Assembly: GCA_043228905.1 (NCBI GenBank) | Contig: JBHGNT010000018.1 | Coordinates: 14,570,001 to 14,634,000, forward strand | Source: Azolla caroliniana | Lineage: Eukaryota > Plantae > Polypodiophyta | Reading direction: 5' to 3' | Length of the DNA: 64,000 nt | In this document: positions 1-12,756 of the stretch, one piece after another | How the letters are laid out: each line of letters starts with the position of its first letter | Numbering within the stretch: the stretch's first letter is position 1 | The notes under the pieces: generated by a model | Seen by the model: the letters and a program-made list of their open reading frames with translations, nothing else | What the model was told of the DNA's origin: nothing | The model's database searches: none | Position numbers and translations under genes: made by a program

Positions 1-732
1 ACATCATCATTAACTTTTACTCTTGGCATACTAAAATGATAGAAGTAGAATGTACCTTTCAATCAATTAGGGTTTCAAAATCTACCTTGAGTTAGAGGAA
101 CCGTGGGGCAAAGAGGGCTGCGGACGAAAATGCTCATAACTTCTCACCACGGCAATAGAATTCAGCAAATAAACATTATTAAAAAACTCTCCAAAGAGCT
201 TTCTAATGAGCTATAGAACGCAGAAAACAGTGGTGTGAGAGAAACGGGAGCAGAGAGAGAGAGAGAGAGAGAGAGATTAACGTCTTCTAAGACCATAATT
301 GGCCCATGAGACAATTGGTTTACAACAAAATGGGATGTTTACCCAATCATCGAAAATAAAAAGAGCAAATTATCGAATTAATTTTCTATTATTCTTGAAA
401 ATATGAGTGAATGTCTCTCCCCTCAGGAGAGGTTCGTATGTAATACATTGGCAGAGTTATGCATGTTTGTGGAGTGGGCAGCGCCCCATATGCAATCCAT
501 GTGGCATCCAATTATCTGGAGAATATCCTGCCACATTCTACAAAGATGGAAAAAATATGAAAAAATTTGTTACAATTTAAAGACATCTACCTTAGTGGTA
601 AGAACTATGTGAGGTCCCCCCCTCCCGCCAATAAGGAGGTAACTAGTTCGATTCTTTACAATATTTTTACAAGTACCTGTCAAATGGTCTTTTATGGTCA
701 TACATTATGTTGACAACTGCTGGCTGTATTGT

Positions 733-1410
733 TCAGTCACTTTCATCATATGAATCGGAACATGAATCCGAATCGGAGTTGGATCCCGAGCCTGAATCTG
801 AATCCAAATCTGAATGGGGTCTGTCATATCTTGTACCTTTGCTGAAATCTTGTTTATATTCATGTTTTTGCACTCGTTCTTCATCCCCGTTCTCTATATC
901 TTCTTCCATGGAGTCTGTATCAGGTTGTTCCTCATTGACAATAGTTTGCCCCTTTGCTTGATCGAGTTCTTCCAAGGGAGCATCATCTTCCTCTTTCTCT
1001 TCCCCTTCCTCATCATACTCATCCTCAATAAGAACTTCCTCGTCTTCCTCTTCAGCTCCACTTGTATTTTCTTCTTCTTCGTTATCATAGTGCATTTGAC
1101 CATTAGTTTGATTGATTGTACCATTATCTCGAAAATTCTCCCACTCATTTGTCCCTTTTTTCAAGCTCAGTTCCTCATTACATGGAGTGGAGTGCTTATA
1201 CTCCGCAGTAGGATTAAATTCTTTATCCTGTGCCGGTTTCTCATACCTGCTTCTCGAGACCTTAATTACCAAAGATGGACGAGATACTTCAGAAATATGA
1301 TCTCTCTCTTTCTTATCCTTTGTGACAGGATCTTTGTGCACATCACTCCCTCCCTCAATTGTAGCAGCATCAAGGTTCAAAACTTTTTTTGAAGAGGCCA
1401 AACCAGATGC
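733..1410 (-). CDS. RLT: RLT terminal exon (acidic low-complexity tail)
   Basis: TTTTTAG acceptor, E/D/S-rich open frame ending SYDESD-stop. Confidence 0.75.
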   Translation of the reverse strand, partial: ASGLASSKKVLNLDAATIEGGSDVHKDPVTKDKKERDHISEVSRPSLVIKVSRSRYEKPAQDKEFNPTAEYKHSTPCNEELSLKKGTNEWENFRDNGTINQTNGQMHYDNEEEENTSGAEEEDEEVLIEDEYDEEGEEKEEDDAPLEELDQAKGQTIVNEEQPDTDSMEEDIENGDEERVQKHEYKQDFSKGTRYDRPHSDLDSDSGSGSNSDSDSCSDSYDESD

Positions 1411-4400
1411 CTAAAAAACCAAAATAAGAAACATCATAAGAAAAATGTGTTCATGAGATACATGCAAAAAAAAAAATTGTTCCTTTCTTCAGACACAAGC
1501 CTTACCTTTTGATTTGTGTCTATCTGACCACTCGAGTGTTGTTTTTTCTGTTCAACATCATAAAAGAGGGCAGCATCAAATGTTTGAAGCCGGAGAGCTA
1601 CAGCTGCGGTTGTCCGAGGAACCCAAGGAAGAACATTTGATCCATCTCGAACATCCAACGAAGTATCCTCTAAGAGCTCTTTTGTAGTTCCGAACGAAGA
1701 AGACAACCAATCTCTTTTAGTTGCCCCTTCTAACTCAGTCAATAGCTATTCATCGCATACATAGGTATGCAGTTAATGACTCAGAATTGAAAAGCATATT
1801 TCATAAAGAAATTCCAAGATAAGATTTCAAACACTAAACACCTGAAGTAGTTCTGAGGGAGATGATGCATGCTTCAATGAAACCCCCCATGCCTTCCGTT
1901 GAGATCCTGTCCATGATGAATTAATTGCCTCCATAGGAATAGCAGCCTATAACAATATAAGTTTCAGTAAATTTAAATTGCAACATTAGAAGACATTTAA
2001 ATTTGGTACAACCAAATCACAAGGAGCTCCAGGTTTTGATTAAGTTGAGGCTTTATCATAAAAACTATTTTAGATCATAGTATGATCTCACATAAAAAAA
2101 ACAAAACATCATAAAGAGCACCAACCTCAATGGAAAGGATCTGAGCCTTCAAAACCTGAACTCTGGGTGGAAGCAACTTAACTGAACTAGTCATCCCTCG
2201 TTTCTTTTCGTACTCATTCACATTAATTCTGGACTTGGCATTCAATTTCTCTGCATTTTCAAAGGCTGTATGACAACATGAACACTGTTTTTCCTGAGGC
2301 CAATAGAAATCATGGCACATTTCACATAATGCAAGAAGTTCAGAACTTCTCTTTGTGATCCTCATAGCAATGAGGTCAGAAAATTCGGGTGTCTGCATAC
2401 TCCAAATCCACTTTTCAAATTCTTTATACCGCTCAAACACATCATTTCTTTCAGTTTGAATATTTCCATTCTGAATCTGTATCGATCCTCTACATTTGAA
2501 GCTCCCGCTGTCTTGAAATACAGTGCCACTTTCTGAGCTGCCATCTTCTGATGTATAACCGGCAACATTTGTTGAAGCAAGCCCATTATTGGAGCTCATA
2601 ATTTTGCCTTCTTTGAAAAGTAATCTCTGGCTACAAATAGAAAGTTTATTCATTCCTTGCCTGATCAGATTTTCTAACTTCTGTAAAACTCCATGAAGGT
2701 GAGCTTCACGAACTCCTCGAGTGTCCAAACTTTCCATTAAAGCGCTGAAAGCCTGCTTAATAATCATTCTTTAAGCAACACTACAATAAACCAGATTATT
2801 GCATTTCATGTAGATTTATCAGCAAAAACTGAAAAACCAACACCTTATATGCATGGCACAATGTGATGAACTACCTCTTATTTGCAAATGTAACGAATGA
2901 TAATTTGTAGGAATGCTAAAACAAGCAGCATATTTCCCATTTATTAGCAAAATGTTACAAACGAGTTAATTTTCATGATAAAAAGAAACACTATTTTGAC
3001 ATTATTTTTCATGATTAAAAGGAATACAGTTATTTTACAAAATCTCCATTTTTTATTAGTACAGATGCAATTAATTTTTCATCCTATAATGTAAGTTTTA
3101 AAATAACTTTTCAAAACTAGCAAGAAATGCACTCCAACAGCCAACACACATGTACCTCTGCAGTATCAATTACTTCCCAGTGGCCATCCTCAGATGATTC
3201 AAAATACACTCTCCCACAACCAGGATCTTCAGCAATATAAGCAGTTATGAATTGCCAATAGCGATTGTGTCGCCGATCCATACCAAGGGGCTGAGATCTA
3301 AAGACATATAGTTCATCAGCTCGGAAATCGATATCAACTTTAAGCTGTGCTCGGGTTTTCTCGGAGCTAGCACCCGATATACCCATCACTGAAGCATCTT
3401 GGTGACTGGGTAGCCCTGATTCTTTATCAAGATGGGGATTATGTTTTGTGCCACCTACAGAGGCAGTTTCTAAGGACTTAACATCTCCATCACATGGACC
3501 CATACGGGAGCCTTCTGCAGCTTGAACTTTTGAGACCTGTTCTTCTTTAGAACGCCGTTTATCTTGTTGTGCTTCAGCCCACATTTGCCTCTTAAGAGCA
3601 GTAGCAGCTTCCATGCGATCCTGTGCAAAGTAGGTTGACATCATCACTACTTGAAGACTCCATAAAAAAGGATTATGCATTTTCTACCTACTTGGAAATT
3701 ACAAATATACTTGAAAAGTAGAAAAGGAATATTCATCAACAAAACACTAAAAATACCTCTAGTTTTCAAATATTTACCAGGATACCCAATGTAATTGTAA
3801 GTTGTGTGTTACAGAGGGTAATCTTGTTAAATATAAAGAAATCTAGGGGTATTTTTTGTATTTTCCCATTGTTCTATCTACTTGAAACTAAAACATATGC
3901 ATTTTTTTACATACCTACTTGAAAACATAAAGATATGCATGTTTTTATATTTCTATTTGAGAACTACAAAAAGGAATACACATGATTTTGATATATGCAA
4001 AAGCATATAATCATCACCTCCAAAGCCACACGAATAGTATTTCCTTCGTTCACAGCTTCAACTAATGCTACTAATGCATTCAATCGCTCTTCAACACTAA
4101 GTTCAGAATACTCCCCTTCCATCAAGCCTTGCACCCATGGCTCACCCGCATGGCTTTCATCTATTTCTGTGTCTACATTAGAATCAACATCTTTTTCTAG
4201 ATGCAAACTTGTTGCTCTTCCATCTACTAATGCATTGGTAGATATCAAACTCGGCAATGAGGCATGTTTTCCTTTATCATCATACATCTGAACACTTTCT
4301 AAACCTTTGTCCACAAGTTCTGGTTTCTTCACTTTTGATATAGGGTCACCAGGTGTTCCTTCAGTTTCAATCACTTTCCCTTGCTTTAGAGAACATGGAA

Positions 4401-7400
4401 CTTTGCCTCGATCTGCATTGTCAACATCCATACCATCTGACTCATCATCAGAAACTTGTTCTCTGTCTACCTCATCGATGCCTTCCATGTCTTTCTCAAC
4501 ATCATAAGTATCAGAGATTGGCCCATTCTGGAATAACCTTGTCCTTTCCACTGCTGCTTGTAGCAGCCGTTCGGCATCCTCTGGATTTTTCCGGAATTGA
4601 GACTTCACACAGTACGTTGAAGGTGCTACCCTTTCAAAGAAAATTGTGTCTCTTGACAATGCAGCCGTAATGGAGGATTCAGGAGTCTTGGTTGTTGAAA
4701 GGTCGCGCAAACCGTATTTCTAGAGAAAACACAGATTGTGTATCAGGTTGATTTCAGATTTCTATAATGACTTGGTGTCTTTGGATACATATACACATAC
4801 ATGCAAATACACGTGTAGACATGCATATTAATTTTTATACACATCAGAAGGCCAAATCAACATTTTGAGCATACGGATAAATATAAGACAAAAAGCTATC
4901 CCCCAAATAAAGCATAAAAAAGAAAAATAAGACAAAATGAATTGTAGTATATAAACAAAAGTTAGTTAAAATGGAAGCACACACCCAAACAGGAAAAACA
5001 TTATGGCGAGTTCGACGGCAATTTCATTATGCATAGCGTGCACAGGACTATATCACCACTACTCTTATGTCATTGTGCATCAAAAAAGATTAAAATTATC
5101 ATTAAGTGCATGGCAATCCCATCGTGCATAATGTGCACAGGAATATATTGCCACTGCTCTCATGTTATGGATACCGAATCACATGTGCATGTATAGTCTT
5201 ACAAGATAAACAGCTTTGACAAGCATTCAAGATATCACATAGGCTATTGTGGAAGGCTAACAAAACCAAGGAAAAAAACAGGAAGAAGGTAGCTATGGGG
5301 CAAGAACTGAGAATACCTCAATACGGTCAGCTATCTCTGTAATCGGAAGGCCACTTGGTCCTTCAACTGAGAGTACATGAAATGCGGCATATTTTACTGT
5401 ACCAGGTGTCAATCGGTATCCGCATTTACGAGAATTTGACCCAACCTTTGCTTTGCTTACAGATCTCATATTTTGCTCAGCACCATGTCCCTTTAGAAGC
5501 GAAAAAAAACCACCTAAGCATTTGATCCAGCTAACATCAACAAAAAAAGAACTTAGCATTACGCAGTTTAGAAAGAACCTTCTGATGGGCATGAAGACCA
5601 TCATCAACAATGGGTACATTAATAACTTCAGCCTGTTGTTTCCAAATGGGGCCATATCCAGCAGCTAGAGAGAACTGCCTGAGAATTTCAGGCCAAGTTA
5701 AAGGGTTAAGATACCGGCTCCATTCTCTATAATCAAATCCCCATGCTAACGCCTGGGAATACCAAAAAATAAAGATAGGTCAAGAAGAGGATTAGTCATT
5801 GATATGAATAATTGAAGTGTAAGATTTCTCTCCAACTGATTGTACTTACGGATTCCACAAGTTGTGAATGCCCGCCTCCAATAGTTGATGGTGCTGTGTA
5901 TTGATTCACAGCACCCCCGTATGCAGAAACTTTCCCAACATCTTCTATATCTCTTAACATAGTTCTAATGAGTGAAATATGTATCTCTGCAAGTAGTCTA
6001 GGATCCTGAATAACATATCAAAGATAAGGAACACCAAATTGTATTCAATGTATATATAGAAGCCACACACTAGATATGAGGATCTCACATAGTCATGGAA
6101 TGCTTGTACAAATTCATCAAGGGTAAAGGGCCAGAGGCCCAGAACATCTGCAAACGCTATCAAGAACTTCCATACCTGTAAACAGTAACACATCAAACAA
6201 TAACTTAGGAGAAGAGTAACAAAAAGTATTATTTTCAGCTACATGGATCTCAACATGTAAACAGTACTCCTGATTACAGGCCCACAATGCATACCATGAA
6301 AAGGTTCCCAAGATTCTGCTGAGAGTCAATCCATGGGCTGATTCCAAGCGGATTCTTCATCTTCACAGATGGAGGTGGGAACTTCTTTAAAGACTCTGCA
6401 AGAGATTCAACATGCCAAAAAAACATGTCTATTTAAAGTATGTAGGTAGAGCAATAAATTAATTAGCACAGAACATCTGATTCCATAAAATAATCTGTAA
6501 ACATGAAGGGAAAATACATTCATAACCAAGCGTTCTCATTCATACCTTTGTATCTATCCAATCCCTTTAATGTATCTCCATCTAAGAGATATATAGAGGG
6601 AAGTCCATGTGATGTTGCAGCAGCTTCTAAGAGTTCAAGGCGTTCATCATCAATAAGTTCCACACATTCTCGAGCTAATCTGCGAGCGGTTGCTCTTTCA
6701 ATGGCAGCCTTGAGCCTAGTAGCTTCTTTAACCTTCCTTGCCTCCTCTTTCTCTCGTTCTCTCTCTAGCTGAATGAGGACCAAATAGTGTCACAAATAAG
6801 AAAATTCAACCTAGCATTCACACTTGACATAATGTGTTATGAGCAAACACATAACTGAACAATTAGGAGTTGAAGTTATCAAAGCTAAAGTTTGTCCATT
6901 AGCTATGGTTATGGCTACAGAGTTGGTCCATTAACCATGGATGGTTATGCTTCGGCTGTAGCCTTAATTAACTCCTACTTGATTGTGTGTTCGTACATAA
7001 CAGACTGGCCAGTTTAAAGGCTATATATCATATGATTTAAGTATATACCCTTTGAGCTTCCTTTTGTACAAGTCGTTCCTGACGCTCCATTTCTCTCTTT
7101 ACTTCTCGTTGAACTCTCTCATCTTCACGTAGCCTTTCACGTTGTATACGCTCATCTTCTCTCTGCTTTTCTCTCATTATTCTCTCAGTTTCTTTCTCTC
7201 TGTCCTTTTGTAATTGCTCTCCCCTCTGTTTCAGTCAAAACAAACATATTTATGATGAGGCAGCATCCTCTCTCATATGTAATTTTTCAAATAATCAAAA
7301 CTTGAACCAGAAATCCACACTCTAGATGTACACTGACCTTCCATTGAGCAAGGTCCACATCTTTCTGCATCCTTTTTCTTTGAAAATCTACATCCTTTAT

Positions 7401-10007
7401 GACTCTCGTCTCTTCATTCTGCGAGTAAGCCAACCAACTGTTATGTCAGCACACATTTGGATCACAAAAAACAACAAACCAAGTGAAATTTGAAGCATCG
7501 AGAATCTTACAACCCACCTTCCTTTTCTTGTTCCCGTGCATCAACTCCTCTTCACTATTGTTATGATGCTTCCCAATGCCATGAACAGAAGAAGTTCCAG
7601 ATGGCATTACATGATAAAGGCCATTATAACCCCCAAATTGCCCCTCATAACTAAAAGATCTGAATGCATCCTGATGATGTGAACTCCGAGGTTGAGCAAA
7701 AGCAAAAGTATTGTGCATATCACTCTGCATCATTAGATTACCACCACTAGCATTGAGTGGCTTTTCATCAAATCCAAATGCATTTACATGGCTCTCATGT
7801 CCCTGCATAAGACCTCTTTGTAGCATGAAACCTGACCTAGAACTCTCAGATCCAAGAAAAACTTTTGAAGGCGTTGATCTTTCTTGTGATTTAGATGCTA
7901 CACCATCCCTCCCAGACGGCTTCTCTGGAATGAACTTATATTCCTGTAATGACCTCAAACCTAACTGAGTGCTCACACTCTGTCCACTGTCCATTCCCAT
8001 GGATTTTCGATTACGAGCTGATTTTTTGTTGTGCTCAGGATAAAAGGGATCCTGGAAACAAAAATAAAATTTAGTCTAACTCTCTATGTCTCACACCAAA
8101 TTAATTGTTCGTTTCTCTGGATCCTATCTTCATCAATATCTGCATCAAAACTGTAATTATATTATTTAATACCTTAATTTTCTTTAATATTCAAACATCT
8201 GCCTATGTGAACCACCAAAAGTGGATTGTATTGATTCAACGTATTGACTTATGGTCCCATACTCTTTCGTGGCATTCCATGGATGAAAATATGACTTTCT
8301 TACCCACACCCATTTGGCATCCTAAAGACGACAGCATTTCTATCTCTAGGGAAATCCCCCAGGAAAAGGATTTTATATATATATATATATATATATTTGT
8401 TGATCCATCTATATATCTACTCATTCATTGAGTAGGCTCAATTAATGAAGATATATCCATCTGTATTCTCATGAATAGGCACAGGGATGAAGGATAAAGC
8501 TTACTCTTTGTAGCTTGATATCAGCTTTCCCGCTACTTATGTCCTCAACTCGGCTTCTCAAATCCTGTGAACTGAAGGATTTCCAGTGGTCCTGTTGTTG
8601 CGAAGACACTACAAAAATTGTAGAGTGATCCACAGGGGAAAAAGTAAGAGACAGATAAAATACTGTATAGATCTATCTAAAGCCATTAACAAGAAATTAC
8701 AACTGAAAATGGTACATCAGCATTTTGAACGTTAAAAGGAAATGGCATCTCAAAGATATTAACAATAAAGAAAATGCTATGTCGCCTCATCTATGAAAAC
8801 AAGGAAGGAAACATTATCTCATCCATGAGGAGATGTTATCTCGTTTATATGTGCATGAGAACAAAACAACATGGCGTATCTATGAGAGAGAGAGAGAGTA
8901 TATGCATACCAAGAGGTGAGGAAAAAGCTCCTGTCGTTGGAAGGGGATCAAACTCGATGCCTAAACAAGGGCTATCCTCCCTCAAAGGCTCTCCTAATTG
9001 TGCTTCTACAGCAGCAATAGCTCGTAGTTCTGCAATTCTGCAAGGATCCATACTACTATTCATAATTGCAGCTTCCCTTCCTACAATCCGTTTCTTCTTT
9101 GAATTTGCTGATTCTTTGTCTACATATCCGCCTTCTCTCCTCTTGATCTTCCAGTCCTTTTCATCTCTGGAATGGTAGCTACCACTACTAAGTTGCTCTT
9201 CCTTTTTTAGAGGAATTGATGGAGGATCTATCTTTGTGTTAGTGGATGCCTTCTGCATATTCTGAGAGGATGTTACCTTTAGATGTAATTGTGGGCTTCT
9301 ATCAGAGCTTATCGCTGGCTCTTCTTCTTCTTCTTCTTGATCTTCTTCCTTAGCTTTCCTTTCCTTAAGCCTTCGGTGACAAAACCACATCTTGAGTTGT
9401 CTGTTAGAGAGACCAAGCTGAATAGATAAGCGAGCTCGAATCGCCTCTGATGGGTATTTCTCCTCTGTTCGAGCAAAGATTCATAATGGTTCGATCAGTT
9501 TCGGAACAATAAAGTTCAAAATCGAAGGAATGTTCGCAGATCAAACCTTCATATCCCTCCTCTACTTAAGTTTTCATGTATCAAATTTACAACAAAAGAT
9601 TCAACATCAAAGAAACATTGCAGATCGCAGGTTAATCTTCTTCTCCTCCTCGCCTTATCAATTTCATGTAGATATTAACGTCTGGGGAAACATTCAGAGA
9701 ACTTTGCAAATCAAAAGTTTTATTTTCTTCCATCTCCTCTTATAAATTTCATACAAAGTTTTTACGCTGATAAAAACGCTCAGAAACTTCACAGATCAAA
9801 GCGTCCTCGTCTCCTACTTCATCTTCATCTTCCTTATTAAACGTGATTAGTATAAAGAGAGTGAGACAGAGAGGGATCATGGTATCAGAAAAAGGGCATA
9901 CCTGCGAACGCGCGTTCCAGAGTCTCAAGCTGCAATGGTGTCTTCATTTTCCTCTTCTTATCCTCTTTCTGCGAGGTGGGAGGGGTTTTCGAGGTTTCTT
10001 CCTCCAT
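733..10007 (-). CDS. RLT: Homeobox-DDT domain protein (RINGLET/RLT1-RLT2-like), multi-exon gene (~15+ exons)
   Basis: Spliced minus-strand reading gives MEEETSKTPPTSQKEDKKRKMKTPLQLETLERAFA|EEKYPSEA...LKMWFCHRRLKERK (homeodomain). It continues with AVEAQLGEPLREDSPCLGIEFDPLP, a DDT domain (VWKFLIAFADVLGLWPFTLDEFVQAFHDY), HARE-HTH (LTPGTVKYAAFHVLS; TTKTPESSITAALSRDT), WHIM1 (GEPWVQGLMEGEYSELSVEERLNAL), WSD (PLGMDRRHNRYWQF; LDTRGVREAHL) and an acidic C-terminus. ATG at 10005-10007, stop at 733-735; GT-AG borders seen at the exons checked. Confidence 0.93.
3156..3620 (-). CDS. RLT: RLT exon with WSD motif
   Basis: DRMEAATALKRQMWAEAQ...PLGMDRRHNRYWQF...WEVIDTAE; AG/GT borders. Confidence 0.85.
4018..4719 (-). 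CDS. RLT: RLT exon with HARE-HTH end and WHIM1
   Basis: KYGLRDLSTTKTPESSITAALSRD...EGNTIRVALE; AG/GT borders. Confidence 0.85.
6089..6175 (-). CDS. RLT: RLT DDT-domain exon
   Basis: VWKFLIAFADVLGLWPFTLDEFVQAFHDY between a CAG acceptor and a GTGAG donor. Confidence 0.85.
6835..7002. mobile_element. Degenerate MITE-like foldback element in an RLT intron (TGTTATG...CATAACA)
   Basis: Imperfect terminal inverted repeats: tgttatgagcaaacac...taggagtt vs aactccta...gtgttcgtacataaca. No intact TSD. Confidence 0.4.
8910..9464 (-). CDS. RLT: RLT exon 2 (homeodomain helices, WFCHRR)
   Basis: AACAG acceptor, EEKYPSEA...MWFCHRRLK...EFDPLPTTGAF, GTATG donor. Confidence 0.85.
9902..10007 (-). CDS. RLT: RLT exon 1 (start of homeodomain)
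   Basis: ATG then KRKMKTPLQLETLERAFA, followed by a GTATG donor. Phase 1 joins in frame to exon 2. Confidence 0.85.
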
Positions 10008-10329
10008 CGGTGGATTTTTCTGCTTCCCACAAGGATTTAGAGGTCCGTAATGAAAAAGGCAGGCCGACGAAATTGTACACAGAAGGTTGTTATATGGATG
10101 GGATACTGAAATAAGGGCATTCTGAGGGGGCAGGGATCATCAAAGGGTATCGAAAGGAAGAAGTGGGGGCGGGGGGGGAGGAGACAACGGTGATGATGCT
10201 GAAGAAGAAGTGATGCAGAGGAACCCTAAAAACAGATTGTTCAAAAAGGAAAGGGGGGATGAAGATGGGCGTATGGGAGATGAAGAACAGAAATAGATGA
10301 ATGAACGAGAGGGAGATGAGAAACAGGGG

Positions 10330-11060
10330 AGGAACAGAGAGAGCAGAAACAGATGAATGACAGGAAGAAGAAAGAAAGAAAGAAGAAGAAGAAGAAGAAG
10401 GCAGAGGAGATTGATTGAAGACGAAGAAGAAGAAGAAGAAGAAGAATGTGTTATGATCTGAGAGAGATTCTCTCACTTTCTCTATCTCTCTCTCTCTCTC
10501 TTTCTCTCTCTTCTGTGCTCTGTCTCTCTCAGATCTTCTTCGACCTTTTCCTTCCTTGCTTGCTTGCTTCTTCTTCCTCAGCTATTTCTTCTTCTTCTTC
10601 TTCTTCTTCTTCTTCTTCCTTCATTCTTTCTTGCTTTTCTTCTTCCTTCTTCCTTCTTCCATCCCATCCCATCCATGGAAGGATTCTTTCTTCCTTCCAT
10701 GGATGGGGATGGAGATGGGTGGTAATGGGAGAGAGAGAGAGAGAGAGAGAGAGGGTGGTTTTTGTTTTTTTCTTGCCGGTTTTCTTTGTTTATTGGCTCA
10801 CAAAACCGGCCAAACCTGAGGCCAGTGTGAGGAGGGGGTGGGGAGGAATAAGGAGAGTATGTAATAGTAGCAGGAAGAGGAGGAATAAGGAGAGCATGTA
10901 GTAGTAGTAGTAGTAGTAGTAGTAGAAGGCAAGCAATCCAGAGAGAGAGAGAGATAGATAGATGTAGAGACACACATGTATGTGTGATATACATCTTTGC
11001 ATGTACACATACAGAGAAGAGAATGTGTGTGTGTGTGTGTTAGAGAGAGAGAGAGAGAGG
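10330..11060. repeat. Microsatellite cluster upstream of RLT: (GAA)n, (CT)n, (CTT)n, (GA)n, (TAG)n, (GT)n
   Basis: Directly visible simple repeats. GA/CT tracts are typical of plant 5' UTR and promoter regions. Confidence 0.9.
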
Positions 11061-12299
11061 AGAGGCCCAAGCAAACCTTGTATGTGAAACACCTTTTAAG
11101 AGGCCTTGGAATGGCCACACTGGAGAACCACGATCTTCAAATGTCATCTTGCCTTCAAGACCAAAGTTTAGCATTTTTGAGCGTATTAATCTCTCTCGAC
11201 TCGCATGGTCTCTCTTTTTGTTAGAGGAGAGACTAGACTACAAAAGCTTATGCATACTTTATCTGCACATTGTGTGTGTAACGTGTGTCACGTGTGTGTA
11301 AAGAGAGAATAGAAGGGGAGCCCAAGGAAAGGAAAATAAATAGGAATAGTGTTTCGTTCATTTTGCATTCATTGAAATATGTGACTCCATCTCCGTGGAT
11401 ACATATATACATACACACACACACATATGTACTCTGTACATGTATTATTGTATTGTATTCTCTCACCACTGTACGGTAAGAATTATGTATCCTCTCTTAA
11501 TTGCATAGCATGCATTTTAATCTCAATACTTCTCTTGTGTGAATTGGGTGTTTCTATAAAAGGTTCTCCCTCCTCCAGCTAGCCTTGCACATAATCAATC
11601 CCGTTGTTGTCCTCTACACCTCACCGCCCCTAAATAAACTATAAACCGCTTTCATGTGTTAGTTACCATCTAACAAACCCACCTTTGAACCTCCAACAAC
11701 CACGCGTGTGGCTATCTTCCTCTAATTCATGTTGCAAACTAGTTGACTTATTCTAATTGTAAGATGTTTGGCTACCAATATAAAGTTATGGATTTGATTC
11801 TCGACTTTCATGCCATATAAAACTCCTCCAAACCAAATGTTGCATTGTCGTATCACTCTAGCAATCCTCTGAGTCTTTGGCACATCGTTTTCTTTTCTCA
11901 AATTGTGCATGTGTCATCCTTGAAGAAATGTCATTTTAATATTCTTTGTGTGGTTCCAAAATTATCACATGATGTCTCTTTCTCTCATAGGTTAGCATCC
12001 AATGGATGGACGAATTGTTCTTGAAGACAATATCTTTGTCCCATATGGTAAAGAAGCTAGATCCAATTCACTACGAAATTGACCATAACTCTTTAACAAT
12101 CAGAAGACAAAAGTAATTTTTATTGTAAGGATAGCTTCACGGAAGAATAACAAACACTTTAGAAGCTTCTCTACCTAGAATATGGTCTTCCACCATTCAT
12201 GTTATTTGAGAACTCTAACAAGCAACGCCTCTTTTACATTTTAACATTACCTCAAAAATAAATAAATAACTTATTGATACAATAATTTGGATGCCTAAT

Positions 12300-12446
12300 T
12301 GTTACGAGCATGACCATATAATATCCCGTGGTGAGATTTTACCGTAGTATTCTATACACGTGGATAAGTGTGAGGGTTAAACGAGAGTGTAAAGATTATT
12401 ACGGTAAAATCTCACCACGGGATATTATATGGTCATGCCCGTAACA
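12300..12446. mobile_element. 147-bp MITE-like element with ~47-bp TIRs, TGT...ACA ends and a 5-bp TSD (CTAAT)
   Basis: TGTTACGAGCATGACCATATAATATCCCGTGGTGAGATTTTACCGTA matches the reverse complement of the right end with 1 mismatch. CTAAT lies at 12295-12299 and 12447-12451. Confidence 0.88.
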
Positions 12447-12686
12447 CTAATGTACCTAGAAGTATTCCAACAAAGCCTGCCCTTCTCCTTTGCCTAATAT
12501 GAAGGAGTCTTTCAAGTTCCAACTCGCACTTTCACAAGTATATATCTTATTGAATTTTATTTTGCCATGTTGTAAGTTGGCTTTGTGACATAAAATGGTT
12601 GGTGTGACGACATTTTCTTCACTTTTGTTGATGTTCAAATGTGTAGTTACTTTTAAATGAAAATTATGAATCATGCTCTTAATTCT

Positions 12687-12720
12687 ATGTATGTATGTAT
12701 GTATCGTGTATGTATGTATG

Positions 12721-12754
<34 letters not shown>
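12687..12754. repeat. (ATGT)n/(GT)n microsatellite
   Basis: Directly visible. Confidence 0.85.

Positions 12755-12756
<2 letters not shown>

Noticed and set aside
1-400. Possible DNA-transposon-derived repeat downstream of RLT
   Set aside because: No termini or TSD identifiable within the window.
814-1392. 192-aa hydrophobic plus-strand ORF
   Set aside because: Antisense shadow of the acidic RLT terminal exon.
3660-5170. Short imperfect intronic direct repeats (ctacttgaaa units at ~3685-3965; a ~46-bp pair at ~5028 and ~5123)
   Set aside because: Degenerate, with no clear element boundaries; no functional inference possible.
9880-9889. TGGTATCAGA (PBS-Met-like) in RLT intron 1
   Set aside because: Only 10 nt, next to a splice donor, with no LTR or gag context; likely chance.
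10090-11224. Several ORFs of 75-150 aa with poly-F/S/R/Y/T
   Set aside because: Translations of microsatellites.
11700-12250. Possible LINE RT relic on the minus strand (FILVAKHL, FVVNWI.LLY)
   Set aside because: Too degenerate to support without a profile search.
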